From Eledone cirrhosa (Eukaryota), in the NCBI GenBank assembly GCA_964016885.1, contig OZ024741.1:388554001-388618000 (forward strand): 64,000 bases of DNA, written 5' to 3'. Under the pieces are notes generated by a model. That model had not been told where the DNA came from and searched no databases. It saw only the letters and a list, made by a program, of their open reading frames with translations. Each line of letters opens with the position of its first letter. Positions within the stretch are counted from its first letter, which is position 1. The position numbers and the translations under genes were made by a program. Shown here piece by piece: positions 47,778 through 60,100 of this stretch.

Positions 47778-48199
47778 TAATATATTTCCCACCAAACCAA
47801 AAATAAAATAAAATATACAGAATCATCAATTTTGTTTAACACATTTACTGTTTCATTTTACTTTGTGAGTATGTCAGAAAAACGGTTTCCAGTTTCAAAC
47901 CACTTGAAGCTTCTATAAGTATATTGCACTGTTTAATACTTTCAAGGCAGACATTTTCTAACAAAACAGGCTCTATTAGTCATAACTGTTTTCTGACATT
48001 TTATTAAATTATGCAACTTTCATTGTTACTTCTTTAGTTTTACATTTGAGAACTGCTAAAATCCATTATGTATCTCAACTTGGTGACATGGTGTAACTAA
48101 AACCTATTACATGTTCTATTTTTTATCATGCTTATGTGGTGCTATTAAAGCTAACACTTCTCATCCCTTTCAGTTAACAGAGACTTAAATATACATGGC

Positions 48200-51100
48200 T
48201 ATATGATGGTGGAGTGGTGGCATGGGGATGTGGAGGTTGAGGCAGGGTTGTGTGGTAGTTGGAGGTATGGTTGTGTGGGGTTGAGGTATGGGTGTGTTGA
48301 GAGGCGGAGGTGTGGCTGTGTGGTAGATGGAGGTGTAGGTGTGTGGTAGTTGGAGGTGTAGGTGTGGTTGTGTGGTAGGTGGAGGTGTAGGTGTGTGGTA
48401 GGTGGAGGTGTAGGTGTGGCTGTGTGGTAGGTGGAGGTGTAGGTGTAGGTGTGTGGTGGTGGAAGTGTTGTTGTGTGGTAGGTGGAAGTGTTGTTGTGTG
48501 GTGGTGGAAGTGTTGTGTGGTAGGTAGAAGTGTTGTTGTTTGGTGGTGGAAGTGTTGTGTGGTGGTGGAAGTGTTGTTGTGTGGTAGGTGGAAGTGTTGT
48601 TGTGTGGTAGGTGGAAGTGTTGTTGTGTGGTGGTGGAAGTGTTGTGTGGTAGGTGAGAGTGTTGTTGTGTGGTGGTGGAAGTGGTGTGTGGTAGGTGGAA
48701 GTGTTGTTGTGTGCTGGTGGAAGTGGTGTGTGGTAGGTGGAAGTGTTGTGTGGTAGGTGGAAGTGGTGTTGTGTGGTGGTGGAGGTGTTGTTGTGTGGTG
48801 GTGGAAGTGGTGTGAGGTAGGTGGAAGTGTTGTTGTGTGGTGGTGGAAGTGGTGTGTCGTGGTGGAAGTGTTGTGTGGTAGGTGGAAGTGTTGTTGTGTG
48901 GTGGTGGAAGTGTTGTGTGGTAGGTGGAAGTGTTGTTGTGTGGTGGTGGAAGTGTTGTGTGGTAGGTGGAAGTGTTGTTGTGTGGTAGGTGGAAGTGTTG
49001 TGTTGTAGGTGGTAGGTGGAAGTGTTGTTGTGTGGTAGGTGGCAGTGTTGTTGTGTGGTAGGTGGAAGTGTTGTTGTGTGGTGGTGGAAGTGTTGTGTGG
49101 TAGGTGGAAGTGTTGTTGTGTGGTGGTGGAAGTGTTGTGTGGTAGGTGGAAGTGTTGTTGTGTGGTGGTGGAAGTGTTGTGTGGTAGGTGGAAGTGTTGT
49201 TGTGTGGTAGGTGGAAGTGGTGTGTGGTAGGTGGAAGTGTTGTTGTGTGGTGGTGGAAGTGGTGTGTGGTAGGTGGAAGTGTTGTGTGGTAGGTGGAAGT
49301 GGTGTTGTGTGGTGGTGGAGGTGTTCTGTGGTGGTGGAAGTGGTGTGAGGTAGGTGGATGTGTTGTTGTGTGGTGGTGGAAGTGTTGTTGTGTGGTGGTG
49401 GAAGTGTTGTTGTGTGGTGGTGGAAGTGTTGTTGTGTGGTGGTGGAAGTGTTGCTGTGTGGTAGGTGGAAGTGTTGTTGTGTGGTGGTGGAAGTGGTGTG
49501 TCGTGGTGGAAGTGTTGTGTGATAGGTGGAAGTGTTGTGTGGTAGGTGGAAGTGTTGTTGTGTGGTGGTGGAAGTGTTGTGTGGTAGGTGGAAGTGGTGT
49601 TGTGTGGTGGTGGACGTGTTGTGTGGTAGGTGGAAGTGTTGTTGTGTGGTGGTGGAAGTGTTGTTGTGTGGTAGGTGGAAGTGTTGTTGTGTGGTGGTGG
49701 AAGTGGTGTGTCGTGGTGGAAGTGTTGTGTGGTAGGTGGAAGTGTTGTGTGGTAGGTGGAAGTGTTGTGTGGTAGGTGGAAGTGTTGTTGTGTGGTGGTG
49801 GAAGTGTTGTGTGGTAGGTGGAAGTGTTGTTGTGTGGTGGTGGAAGTGTTGTGTGGTAGGTGGAAGTGTTGTTGTGTGGTGGTGGAAGTGTTGTGAGGTA
49901 GGTGGAAGTGTTGTGTGGTAGGTGGTAGGTGGAAGTGTTGTTGTGTGGTGGTGGAAGTGTTGTGTGGTAGGTGAGAGTGTTGTTGTGTGGTGGTGGAAGT
50001 GGTGTGTGGTAGGTGGAAGTGTTGTTGTGTGGTGGTGGAAGTGGTGTGTGGTAGGTGGAAGTGTTGTGTGGTAGGTGGAAGTGGTGTTGTGTGGTGGTGG
50101 AGGTGTTGTTGTGTGGTGGTGGAAGTGGTGTGAGGTAGGTGGAAGTGTTGTTGTGTGGTGGTGGAAGTGGTGTGTCGTGGTGGAAGTGTTGTGTGGTAGG
50201 TGGAAGTGTTGTGTGGTAGGTGGAAGTGTTGTTGTGTGGTGGTGGAAGTGTTGTGTGGTAGGTGGAAGTGTTGTTGTGTGGTGGTGGAAGTGTTGTGTGG
50301 TAGGTGGAAGTGTTGTTGTGTGGTAGGTGGAAGTGTTGTGTTGTAGGTGGTAGGTGGAAGTGTTGTTGTGTGGTAGGTGGCAGTGTTGTTGTGTGGTAGG
50401 TGGAAGTGTTGTTGTGTGGTGGTGGAAGTGTTGTGTGGTAGGTGGAAGTGTTGTTGTGTGGTGGTGGAAGTGTTGTGTGGTAGGTGGAAGTGTTGTTGTG
50501 TGGTGGTGGAAGTGTTGTGTGGTAGGTGGAAGTGTTGTTGTGTGGTAGGTGGAAGTGGTGTGTGGTAGGTGGAAGTGTTGTTGTGTGGTGGTGGAAGTGG
50601 TGTGTGGTAGGTGGAAGTGTTGTGTGGTAGGTGGAAGTGGTGTTGTGTGGTGGTGGAGGTGTTCTGTGGTGGTGGAAGTGGTGTGAGGTAGGTGGATGTG
50701 TTGTTGTGTGGTGGTGGAAGTGTTGTTGTGTGGTGGTGGAAGTGTTGATGTGTGGTGGTGGAAGTGTTGTTGTGTGGTGGTGGAAGTGTTGCTGTGTGGT
50801 AGGTGGAAGTGTTGTTGTGTGGTGGTGGAAGTGGTGTGTCGTGGTGGAAGTGTTGTGTGATAGGTGGAAGTGTTGTTGTGTGGTGGTGGAAGTGTTGTGT
50901 GGTAGGTGGAAGTGGTGTTGTGTGGTGGTGGACGTGTTGTGTGGTAGGTGGAAGTGTTGTTGTGTGGTGGTGGACGTGTTGTTGTGTGGTAGGTGGAAGT
51001 GGTGTTGTGTGGTGGTGGAGGTGTTGTTGTGTGGTGGTGGAAGTGTTGTTGTGTAGTGGTGGAAGTGTTGTTGTGTGGTAGGCGGAAGTGTTGTGTGGTA

Positions 51101-54100
51101 GGTGGAAGTGTTGTTGTGTGGTAGGTGGAAGTGTTGTGTGGTAGGTGGAAGTGTTGTTGTGTGGTAGGTGCAAGTGTTGTGTGGTAGGTGGAAGTGTTGT
51201 TGTGTGGTAGGTGGAAGTGTTGTGTGGTAGGTGGAAGTGTTGTTGTGTGGTGGTGGAAGTGTTGTGTGGTTGTGGATGTGGTGTGTGGTAGGTGGAAGTG
51301 TTGTTGTGTGCTGGTGGAAGTGGTGTGTGGTAGGTGCAAGTGTTGTTGTGTGGTGGTGGAAGTGTTGTTGTGTGGTGGTGGAAGTGGTGTGAGGTAGGTG
51401 GATGTGTTGTTGTGTGGTGGTGGAAGTGTTGTTGTGTGGTGGTGGAAGTGTTGTTGTGTAGTGGTGGAAGTGTTGTTGTGTGGTGGTGGAAGAGTTGTTG
51501 TGTGGTGGTGGAAGTGGTGTGTGGTAGGTGGAAGTGTTGTTGTGTGGTGGTGGAAGTGGTGTGTGGTAGGTGGAAGTGTTGTTGTGTGGTGGTGGAAGTG
51601 CTGTTGTGTGGTTGTGGAAGTGTTGTTGTGTGGTGGTGGAAGTGTTGTTGTGTGGTAGGTGAAAGTGTTGTTGTGTGGTGGTGGAAGTGTTGTTGTGTGG
51701 TAGGTGGTGGCATAGTTGTGTGGTAGGTGGAAGTGTTGTTGTGTGGTGGTGGAAGTGGTGTGTGGTAGGTGGAAGTGTTGTTGTGTGGTGATGGAAGTGT
51801 TGTTGTGTGCTGGTGAAAGTGTTGTTTTGTGGTGGTGGAAGTGTTGTTGTGTGGTAGGTGGAACTGTTGTGTGGTAGGTGGAAGTGTTGTGTGGTAAGTG
51901 GAAGTGTTGTTGTGCGGTGGTGGAAGTGTTGTGTGGTAGGTGGAAGTGTTGTTGTGTGGTGATGGAAGTGTTGTTGTGTGCTGGTGGAAGTGGTGTGTGG
52001 TAGGTGGAAGTGTTGTTGTGTGGTGGTGGTGGAAGTGTTGTGTAGTAGGTGGAAGTGTTGTTGTGTGGTGGTGGAAGTGTTTTTGTGTGGTGGTGGAAGT
52101 GGTGTGTGGTAGGTGGAAGTGGTGTTGTGTGGTGGTGGAAGTGGTGTGTGGTAGGTGGAAGTGGTGTTGTGTGGTGGTGGAAGTGCTGTTGTGTTGTTGT
52201 GGAAGTGTTGTTGTGTGGTGGTGGAAGTGTTGTTGTGTGGTAGGTGAAAGTGTTGTTGTGTGGTGGTGGAAGTGTTGTTGTGTGGTAGGTGGTGGCGTAG
52301 TTGTGTGGTAGGTGGAAGTGTTGTTGTGTGGTGGTGGAAGTGGTGTTGTGTGCTGGTGAAAGTGTTGTTTTGTGGTGGTGGAAGTGTTGTTGTGTGGTAG
52401 GTGGAAGTGTTGTGTGGTAGGTGGAAGTGTTGTGTGGTAGGTGGAAGTGTTGTTGTGCGGTGGTGGAAGTGTTGTGTGGTAGGTGGAAGTGTTGTTGTGT
52501 GGTGATGGAAGTGTTGTTGTGTGCTGGTTGAAGTGGTGTGTGGTAGGTGGAAGTGTTGTTGTGTGGTGGTGGGGGAAGTGTTATTGTGTGGTGGTGGAAG
52601 TGGTGTGTGGTGGTGGAAGTGTTGTGTGGTGGTGGAAGTGTTGTTGTGTGGCGATGGAAGTAGTGTGAGGTAGGTGGATGGGTTGTTGTGTGGTAGGTGG
52701 AAGTGTTGTTGTGTGGTGGTGGAATTGTTGTTGTGTGGTGGTGGAAGTGTTGTTGTGTAGTGGTGGAAGTGTTGTTGTATGGTAGGTGATGGCGTAGTTG
52801 TGTGGTAGGTGGAAGTGTTGTTCTGTGGTGGTGGAAGTGGTGTGTGGTAGGTGGAAGTGTTGTTGTGTGGTGGTAGAAGTGTTGTTGTGTGGTGGTGGAA
52901 GTGTTGTTGTGTGGTGGTGGAAGTGTTGTGTGGTAGGTGGAAGTGTTGTTGTGTGGTGGTGGAAGTGTTGTTGTGTGGTGGTGGAAGTGGTGTGTGGTAG
53001 GTGGAAGTGTTGTTGTGTGGTGGTGGAAGTGTTGTTGTGTGGTGGTGGAAGTGTTGTGTGGTAGGTGGAAGTGTTGTTGTGTGGTGGTGGGAGTGTTGTT
53101 GTGTGGTGCTGGAAGTGGTGTGTGGTAGGTGGAAGTGTTGTTGTGTGGTGGTGGAAGTGTTGTTGTGTGTTGGTGGAAGTGTTGTGTGGTAGGTGGTAGG
53201 TGGAAGTGTTGTTGTGTGGTATGGGGAAGTGTTGTGTGGTAGGTGGAAGTGTTGTTGTGTGGTTGGTGGAAGTGTTGTGTGGTAGGTGGAAGTGGTGTTG
53301 TGTGGTGGTGGAAGTGTTGTGTGGTAGGTGGAAGTGGTGTTGTGTGGTGGTGGAAGTGTTGCTGTGTGGTGATGGAAGTGGTGTGAGGTAGGTGGATGTG
53401 TTGTTGTGTGGTGGTGGAAGTGTTGTTGTGTGGTGGTGGGAGTGGTGTGTGGTAGGTGGAAGTGTTGTTGTGTGGTAGGTGGAAGTGTTGTTGTGTGGTG
53501 GTGGAAGTGTTTTGTGTGGTAGGTGGAAGTGTTGTTGTGTGGTGGTGGAAGTGGTGTGTTGTGATGGAAGTGTTGTGTGGTAGGTGGAAGTGGTGTTGTG
53601 TGGTGGTGGGAGTGTTGTTGTGTGGTGGTGGAAGTGGTGTGAGGTAGGTGGATGTGTTGTTGTGTGGTGGTGGAAGTGTTGTTGTGTGGTGGTGGAAGTG
53701 TTGTTGTGTAGTGGTGGAAGTGTTGTTGTGTGGTGGTGGAAATGTTGTGTGGTAGGTAGAAGTGTTGTGTGGGAGTGTTGTTGAGTGGTGGTGGAAGTGT
53801 TGTGTGGTAGGTGGAAGTGGTGTTGTGTGGTGGTGGAAGTGTTGTGTGGTAGGTGGAAGTGGTGTTGTGTGGTGGTGGAAGTGTTGCTGTGTGGTGATGG
53901 AAGTGGTGTGAGGTAGGTGGATGTGTTGTTGTGTGGTGGTGGAAGTGTTGTTGTGTGGTGGTGGGAGTGGTGTGTGGTAGGTGGAAGTGTTGTTGTGTGG
54001 TGGTGGAAGTGTTGTTGTGTGGTGGTGGAAGTGGTGTGTGGTAGGTGGAAGTGTTGTTGTGTAGTGGTGGAAGTGGTGTGTGATGGTGGAAGTGTTGTGT

Positions 54101-57100
54101 GGCAGGGGGAAGTGTTGTTGTGTTGTGGTGGAAGTGTTGTTGTGTGGTGGTGGAAGTGTTGTTGTGTGTTGGTGGAAGTGTTGTGTGGTAGGTGGAAGTG
54201 TTGTTGTGTGGTATGGGGAAGTGTTGTGTGGTAGGTGGAAGTGCTGTTGTGTGGTAGGGGGAAGTGTTGTGTGGTAGGTGGAAGTGTTGTTGTGTGGTTG
54301 GTGGAAGTGTTGTGTGGTAGGTGGAAGTGTTGTTGTGTTGTGGTGGAAGTATTGTTGTGTGGTGGTGGAAGTGGTGTGTGGTGGTGGAAGTGTTGTGTGG
54401 TAGGTGGAAGTGGTGTTGCGTGGTGGTGGAAGTGTTGTTGTGTGGCGATGGAAGTAGTGCGAGGTAGGTGGATGGGTTGTTGTGTGGTAGGTGGAAGTGT
54501 TGTTGTGTGCTGGTGGAAGTGGTGTGTGCTAGGTGGAAGTGTTGTTTGTGGTGGTGGAAGTGTTTTTGTGTGGTGGTGGAAGTGGTGTGTGGTAGGTGGT
54601 AGTGTTGTTGTGTGGTGGTGGAAGTGGTGTGTGGTGGTGGAAGTGTTGTGTGGTAGGTGGAAGTGGTGTTGTGTGGTGGTGGAAGTGTTGTTGTGTGGCG
54701 ATGGAAGTAGTGTGAGGTAGGTGGATGGGTTTTTGTGTGGTAGGTGGAAGTGTTGTTGTGTGGTGGTGGAATTGTTGTTGTGTGGTGGTGGAAGTGTTGT
54801 TGTGTGGTAGGTGATGGCGTAGTTGTGTGGTGGTGGAAGTGTTGTTGTGTGGTGGTGGAAGTGTTGTTGTGTGGTGGTGGAAGTGTTGTGTGGTAGGTGG
54901 AACTTTTGTTGTGTGGTGGTGGAAGTGTTGTTGTGTGGTGGTAGAAGTGGTGTGTGGTAGGTGGAGGTGTTGTTGTGTGGTGGTGGAAGTGTTGTTGTGT
55001 GGTGGTGGAAGTGTTGTGTGGTAGGTGGAAGTGTTGTTGTGTGGTGGTGGGAGTGTTGTTGTGTGGTGCTGGAAGTGGTGTGTGGTAGGTGGAAGTGTTG
55101 TTGTGTGGTAGGTGGAAGTGTTGTTGTGTGGTGGTGGAAGTGTTGTGTGGTAGGTGAGAGTGTTGTTGTGTGGTGCTGGAAGTGGTGTGTGGTAGGTGGA
55201 AGTGTTGTTGTGTGGTGGTGGAAGTGTTGTTGTGTGTTGGTGGAAGTGTTGTGTGGTAGGTGGAAGTGTTGTTGTGCGGTGGTGGAAGTGTTGTGTGGTA
55301 GGTGGAAGTGTTGTTGTGTGGTGATGGAAGTGTTGTTGTGTGATGGTTGAAGTGGTGTGTGGTAGGTGGAAGTGTTGTTGTGTGGTGGTGGAAGTGTTGT
55401 TGTGTAGTGGTGGAAGTGTTGTTGTGTGGTGGTGGAAATGTTGTGTGGTAGGTAGAAGTGTTGTGTGGGAGGTGGAAGTGTTGTTGAGTGGTGGTGGAAG
55501 TGGTGTGTGGTAGGTGGAAGTGTTGTTGTGTGGTGGTGGAAGTGTTGTTGTGTGGTGGTGGAAGTGGTGTGTGGTAGGTGGAAGTGTTGTTGTGTAGTGG
55601 TGGAAGTGGTGTGTGATGGTGGAAGTGTTGTGTGGCAGGGGGAAGTGTTGTTGTGTTGTGGTGGAAGTGTTGTTGTGTGGTGGTGGAAGTGTTGTGTGGT
55701 AGGTGGAAGTGTTGTTGTGTGGTATGGGGAAGTGTTGTGTGGTAGGTGGAAGTGCTGTTGTGTGGTATGGGGAAGTGTTGTGTGGTAGGTGGAAGTGTTG
55801 TTGTGTGGTTGGTGGAAGTGTTGTGTGGTAGGTGGAAGTGTTGTGTGGTAGGTAGAAGTGTTGTGTGGAAGGTGGAAGTGTTGTTGAGTGGTGGTGGAAG
55901 TGTGTGTGGTAGGTGGATGTGTTGTTGTGTGGTGGTGGAAGTGTTGTGTGGTAGGTGGAAGTGTTGTGTGGAAGGTGGAAGTGTTGTTGAGTGGTGGTGG
56001 AGGTGTTGTTGTGTGGTGATGGAAGTGTTGTTGTGTAGTGGTGGAAGTGTTGTTGTGTGGTAGGCGGAAGTGTTGTGTGGTAGGTGGAAGTGTTGTTGTG
56101 TGGTGGTGGAAGTGTTGTGTGGTAGGTGGAAGTGTTGTTGTGTGGTAGGTGCAACTGTTGTGTGGTAGGTGGAAGTGTTGTTGTGTGGTAGGTGGAAGTG
56201 TTGTGTGGTAGGTGGAAGTGTTGTTGTGTGGTGGTGGAAGTGTTGTGTGGTAGGTGGAAGTGTTGTTGTGTGGTGGTGGAAGTGTTGTTGTGTGCTTGTG
56301 GATGTGGTGTGTGGTAGGTGGAAGTGTTGTTGTGTGCTGGTGGAAGTGGTGTGTGGTAGGTGCAAGTGTTGTTGTGTGGTGGTGGAAGTGTTGCTGTGTG
56401 GTAGGGGGAAGTATTGTGTGATAGGTGGAAGTGTTGTGTGGTAGGTGGAAGTGGTGTTGTGTGGTGGTGGAAATGTTGTTGTGTGGTGGTGGAAGTGGTG
56501 TGAGGTAGGTGGATGTGTTGTTGTGTGGTGGTGGAAGTGTTGTTGTGTGGTGGTGGAAGTGTTGTTGTGTAGTGGTGGAAGTGTTGTTGTGTGGTGGTGG
56601 AAGAGTTGTTGTGTGGTGGTGGAAGTGGTGTGTGGTAGGTGGAAGTGTTGTTGTGTGGTGGTGGAAGTGGTGTGTGGTAGGTGGAAGTGTTGTTGTGTGG
56701 TGGTGGAAGTGCTGTTGTGTGGTTGTGGAAGTGTTGTTGTGTGGTGGTGGAAGTGTTGTTGTGTGGTAGGTGAAAGTGTTGTTGTGTGGTGGTGGAAGTG
56801 TTGTTGTGTGGTAGGTGGTGGCATAGTTGTGTGGTAGGTGGAAGTGTTGTTGTGTGGTGGTGGAAGTGGTGTGTGGTAGGTGGAAGTGTTGTTGTGTGGT
56901 GATGGAAGTGTTGTTGTGTGCTGGTGAAAGTGTTGTTTTGTGGTGGTGGAAGTGTTGTTGTGTGGTAGGTGGAACTGTTGTGTGGTAGGTGGAAGTGTTG
57001 TGTGGTAGGTGGAAGTGTTGTTGTGCGGTGGTGGAAGTGTTGTGTGGTAGGTGGAAGTGTTGTTGTGTGGTGATGGAAGTGTTGTTGTGTGCTGGTGGAA

Positions 57101-60100
57101 GTGGTGTGTGGTAGGTGGAAGTGTTGTTGTGTGGTGGTGGTGGAAGTGTTGTGTGGTAGGTGGAAGTGTTGTTGTGTGGTGGTGGAAGTGTTTTTGTGTG
57201 GTGGTGGAAGTGGTGTGTGGTAGGTGGAAGTGGTGTTGTGTGATGGTGGAAGTGGTGTGTGGTAGGTGGAAGTGTTGTTGTGTGGTGGTGGAAGTGCTGT
57301 TGTGTTGTTGTGGAAGTGTTGTTGTGTGGTGGTGGAAGTGTTGTTGTGTGGTAGGTGAAAGTGTTGTTGTGTGGTGGTGGAAGTGTTGTTGTGTGGTAGG
57401 TGGTGGCGTAGTTGTGTGGTAGGTGGAAGTGTTGTTGTGTGGTGGTGGAAGTGGTGTGTGGTAGGTGGAAGTGTTGTGTGGTAGGTGGAAGTGTTGTTGT
57501 GCGGTGGTGGAAGTGTTGTGTGGTAGGTGGAAGTGTTGTTGTGTGGTGATGGAAGTGTTGTTGTGTGCTGGTTGAAGTGGTGTGTGGTAGGTGGAAGTGT
57601 TGTTGTGTGGTGGTGGTGGAAGTGTTGTGTGGTAGGTGGAAGTGTTGTTGTGTGGTGGTGGAAGTGTTTTTGTGTGGTGGTGGAAGTGGTGTGTGGTAGG
57701 TGGAAGTGTTGTTGTGTGGTGGTGGAAGTGGTGTGTGGTGGTGGAAGTGTTGTGTTGTGGTGGAAGTGTTGTTGTGTGGCGATGGAAGTAGTGTGAGGTA
57801 GGTGGATGGGTTGTTGTGTGGTAGGTGGAATTGTTGTTGTGTGGTGGTGGAATTGTTGTTGTGTGGTGGTGGAAGTGTTTTTGTGTAGTGGTGGAAGTGT
57901 TGTTGTATGGTAGGTGATGGCGTAGTTGTGTGGTAGGTGGAAGTGTTGTTCTGTGGTGGTGGAAGTGGTGTGTGGTAGGTGGAAGTGTTGTTGTGTGGTG
58001 GTAGAAGTGTTGTTGTGTGGTGGTGGAAGTGTTGTTGTGTGGTGGTGGAAGTGTTGTGTGGTAGGTGGAAGTGTTGTTGTGTGGTGGTGGAAGTGGTGTG
58101 TGGTAGGTGGAAGTGTTGTTGTGTGGTGGTGGAAGTGTTGTTGTGTGGTGGTGGAAGTGTTGTGTGGTAGGTGGAAGTGTTGTTGTGTGGTGGTGGGAGT
58201 GTTGTTGTGTGGTGCTGGAAGTGGTGTGTGGTAGGTGGAAGTGTTGTTGTGTGGTGGTGGAAGTGTTGTTGTGTGTTGGTGGAAGTGTTGTGTGGTAGGT
58301 GGTAGGTGGAAGTGTTGTTGTGTGGTATGGGGAAGTGTTGTGTGGTAGGTGGAAGTGTTGTTGTGTGGTTGGTGGAAGTGTTGTGTGGTAGGTGGAAGTG
58401 GTGTTGTGTGGTGGTGGAAGTGTTGTGTGGTAGGTGGAAGTGGTGTTGTGTGGTGGTGGAAGTGTTGCTGTGTGGTGATGGAAGTGGTGTGAGGTAGGTG
58501 GATGTGTTGTTGTGTGGTGGTGGAAGTGTTGTTGTGTGGTGGTGGGAGTGGTGTGTGGTAGGTGGAAGTGTTGTTGTGTGGTAGGTGGAAGTGTTGTTGT
58601 GTGGTGGTGGAAGTGTTTTGTGTGGTAGGTGGAAGTGTTGTTGTGTGGTGGTGGAAGTGGTGTGTTGTGATGGAAGTGTTGTGTGGTAGGTGGAAGTGGT
58701 GTTGTGTGGTGGTGGGAGTGTTGTTGTGTGGTGGTGGAAGTGGTGTGAGGTAGGTGGATGTGTTGTTGTGTGGTGGTGGAAGTGTTGTTGTGTGGTGGTG
58801 GAAGTGTTGTTGTGTAGTGGTGGAAGTGTTGTTGTGTGGTGGTGGAAATGTTGTGTGGTAGGTAGAAGTGTTGTGGGGGAGTGTTGTTGAGTGGTGGTGG
58901 AAGTGGTGTGTGGTAGGTGGAAGTGTTGTTGTGTGGTGGTGGAAGTGTTGTTGTGTGGTGGTGGAAGTGGTGTGTGGTAGGTGGAAGTGTTGTTGTGTAG
59001 TGGTGGAAGTGGTGTGTGATGGTGGAAGTGTTGTGTGGCAGGGGGAAGTGTTGTTGTGTTGTGGTGGAAGTGTTGTTGTGTGGTGGTGGAAGTGTTGTTG
59101 TGTGTTGGTGGAAGTGTTGTGTGGTAGGTGGAAGTGTTGTTGTGTGGTATGGGGAAGTGTTGTGTGGTAGGTGGAAGTGCTGTTGTGTGGTAGGGGGAAG
59201 TGTTGTGTGGTAGGTGGAAGTGTTGTTGTGTGGTTGGTGGAAGTGTTGTGTGGTAGGTGGAAGTGTTGTTGTGTTGTGGTGGAAGTATTGTTGTGTGGTG
59301 GTGGAAGTGGTGTGTTTGTGGTGGAAGTGTTGTGTGGTAGGTGGAAGTGGTGTTGCGTGGTGGTGGAAGTGTTGTTGTGTGGCGATGGAAGTAGTGCGAG
59401 GTAGGTGGATGGGTTGTTGTGTGGTAGGTGGAAGTGTTGTTGTGTGGTGGTGGAAGTGTTGTGTGGTAGGTGGAAGTGTTGTTGTGTGGTGGTGGAAGTG
59501 TTGTGTGGTAGGTGGAAGTGTTGTTGTGTGGTAGGGGAAGTGTTGTGTGGTAGGCGGAAGTGTTGTTGAGTGGTTGTGGAAGTGTTGTTGTGTGGTGGTG
59601 AAAGTGTAGTTGTGTGGTGGTGGAAGCGTTGTTGTGTGGTAGGTGGTGGCGTAGTTGTGTGGTAGGTGGAAGTGTTGTTGTGTGGTGGTGGAAGTGGTGT
59701 GTGGTAGGTGGAAGTGTTGTTGTGTGGTGATGGAAGTGTTGTTGTGTGCTGGTGAAAGTGTTGTTTTGTGGTGGTGGAAGTGTTGTTGTGTGGTAGGTGG
59801 AAGTGTTGTGTGGTAGGTGGAAGTATTGTTGTGTGCTGGTGGAAGTGGTGTGTGCTAGGTGGAAGTGTTGTTTGTGGTGGTGGAAGTGTTTTTGTGTGGT
59901 GGTGGAAGTGGTGTGTGGTAGGTGGTAGTGTTGTTGTGTGGTGGTGGAAGTGGTGTGTGGTGGTGGAAGTGTTGTGTGGTAGGTGGAAGTGGTGTTGTGT
60001 GGTGGTGGAAGTGTTGTTGTGTGGCGATGGAAGTAGTGTGAGGTAGGTGGATGGGTTTTTGTGTGGTGGTGGGAGTGTTGTTGTGTGGTGCTGGAAGTGG

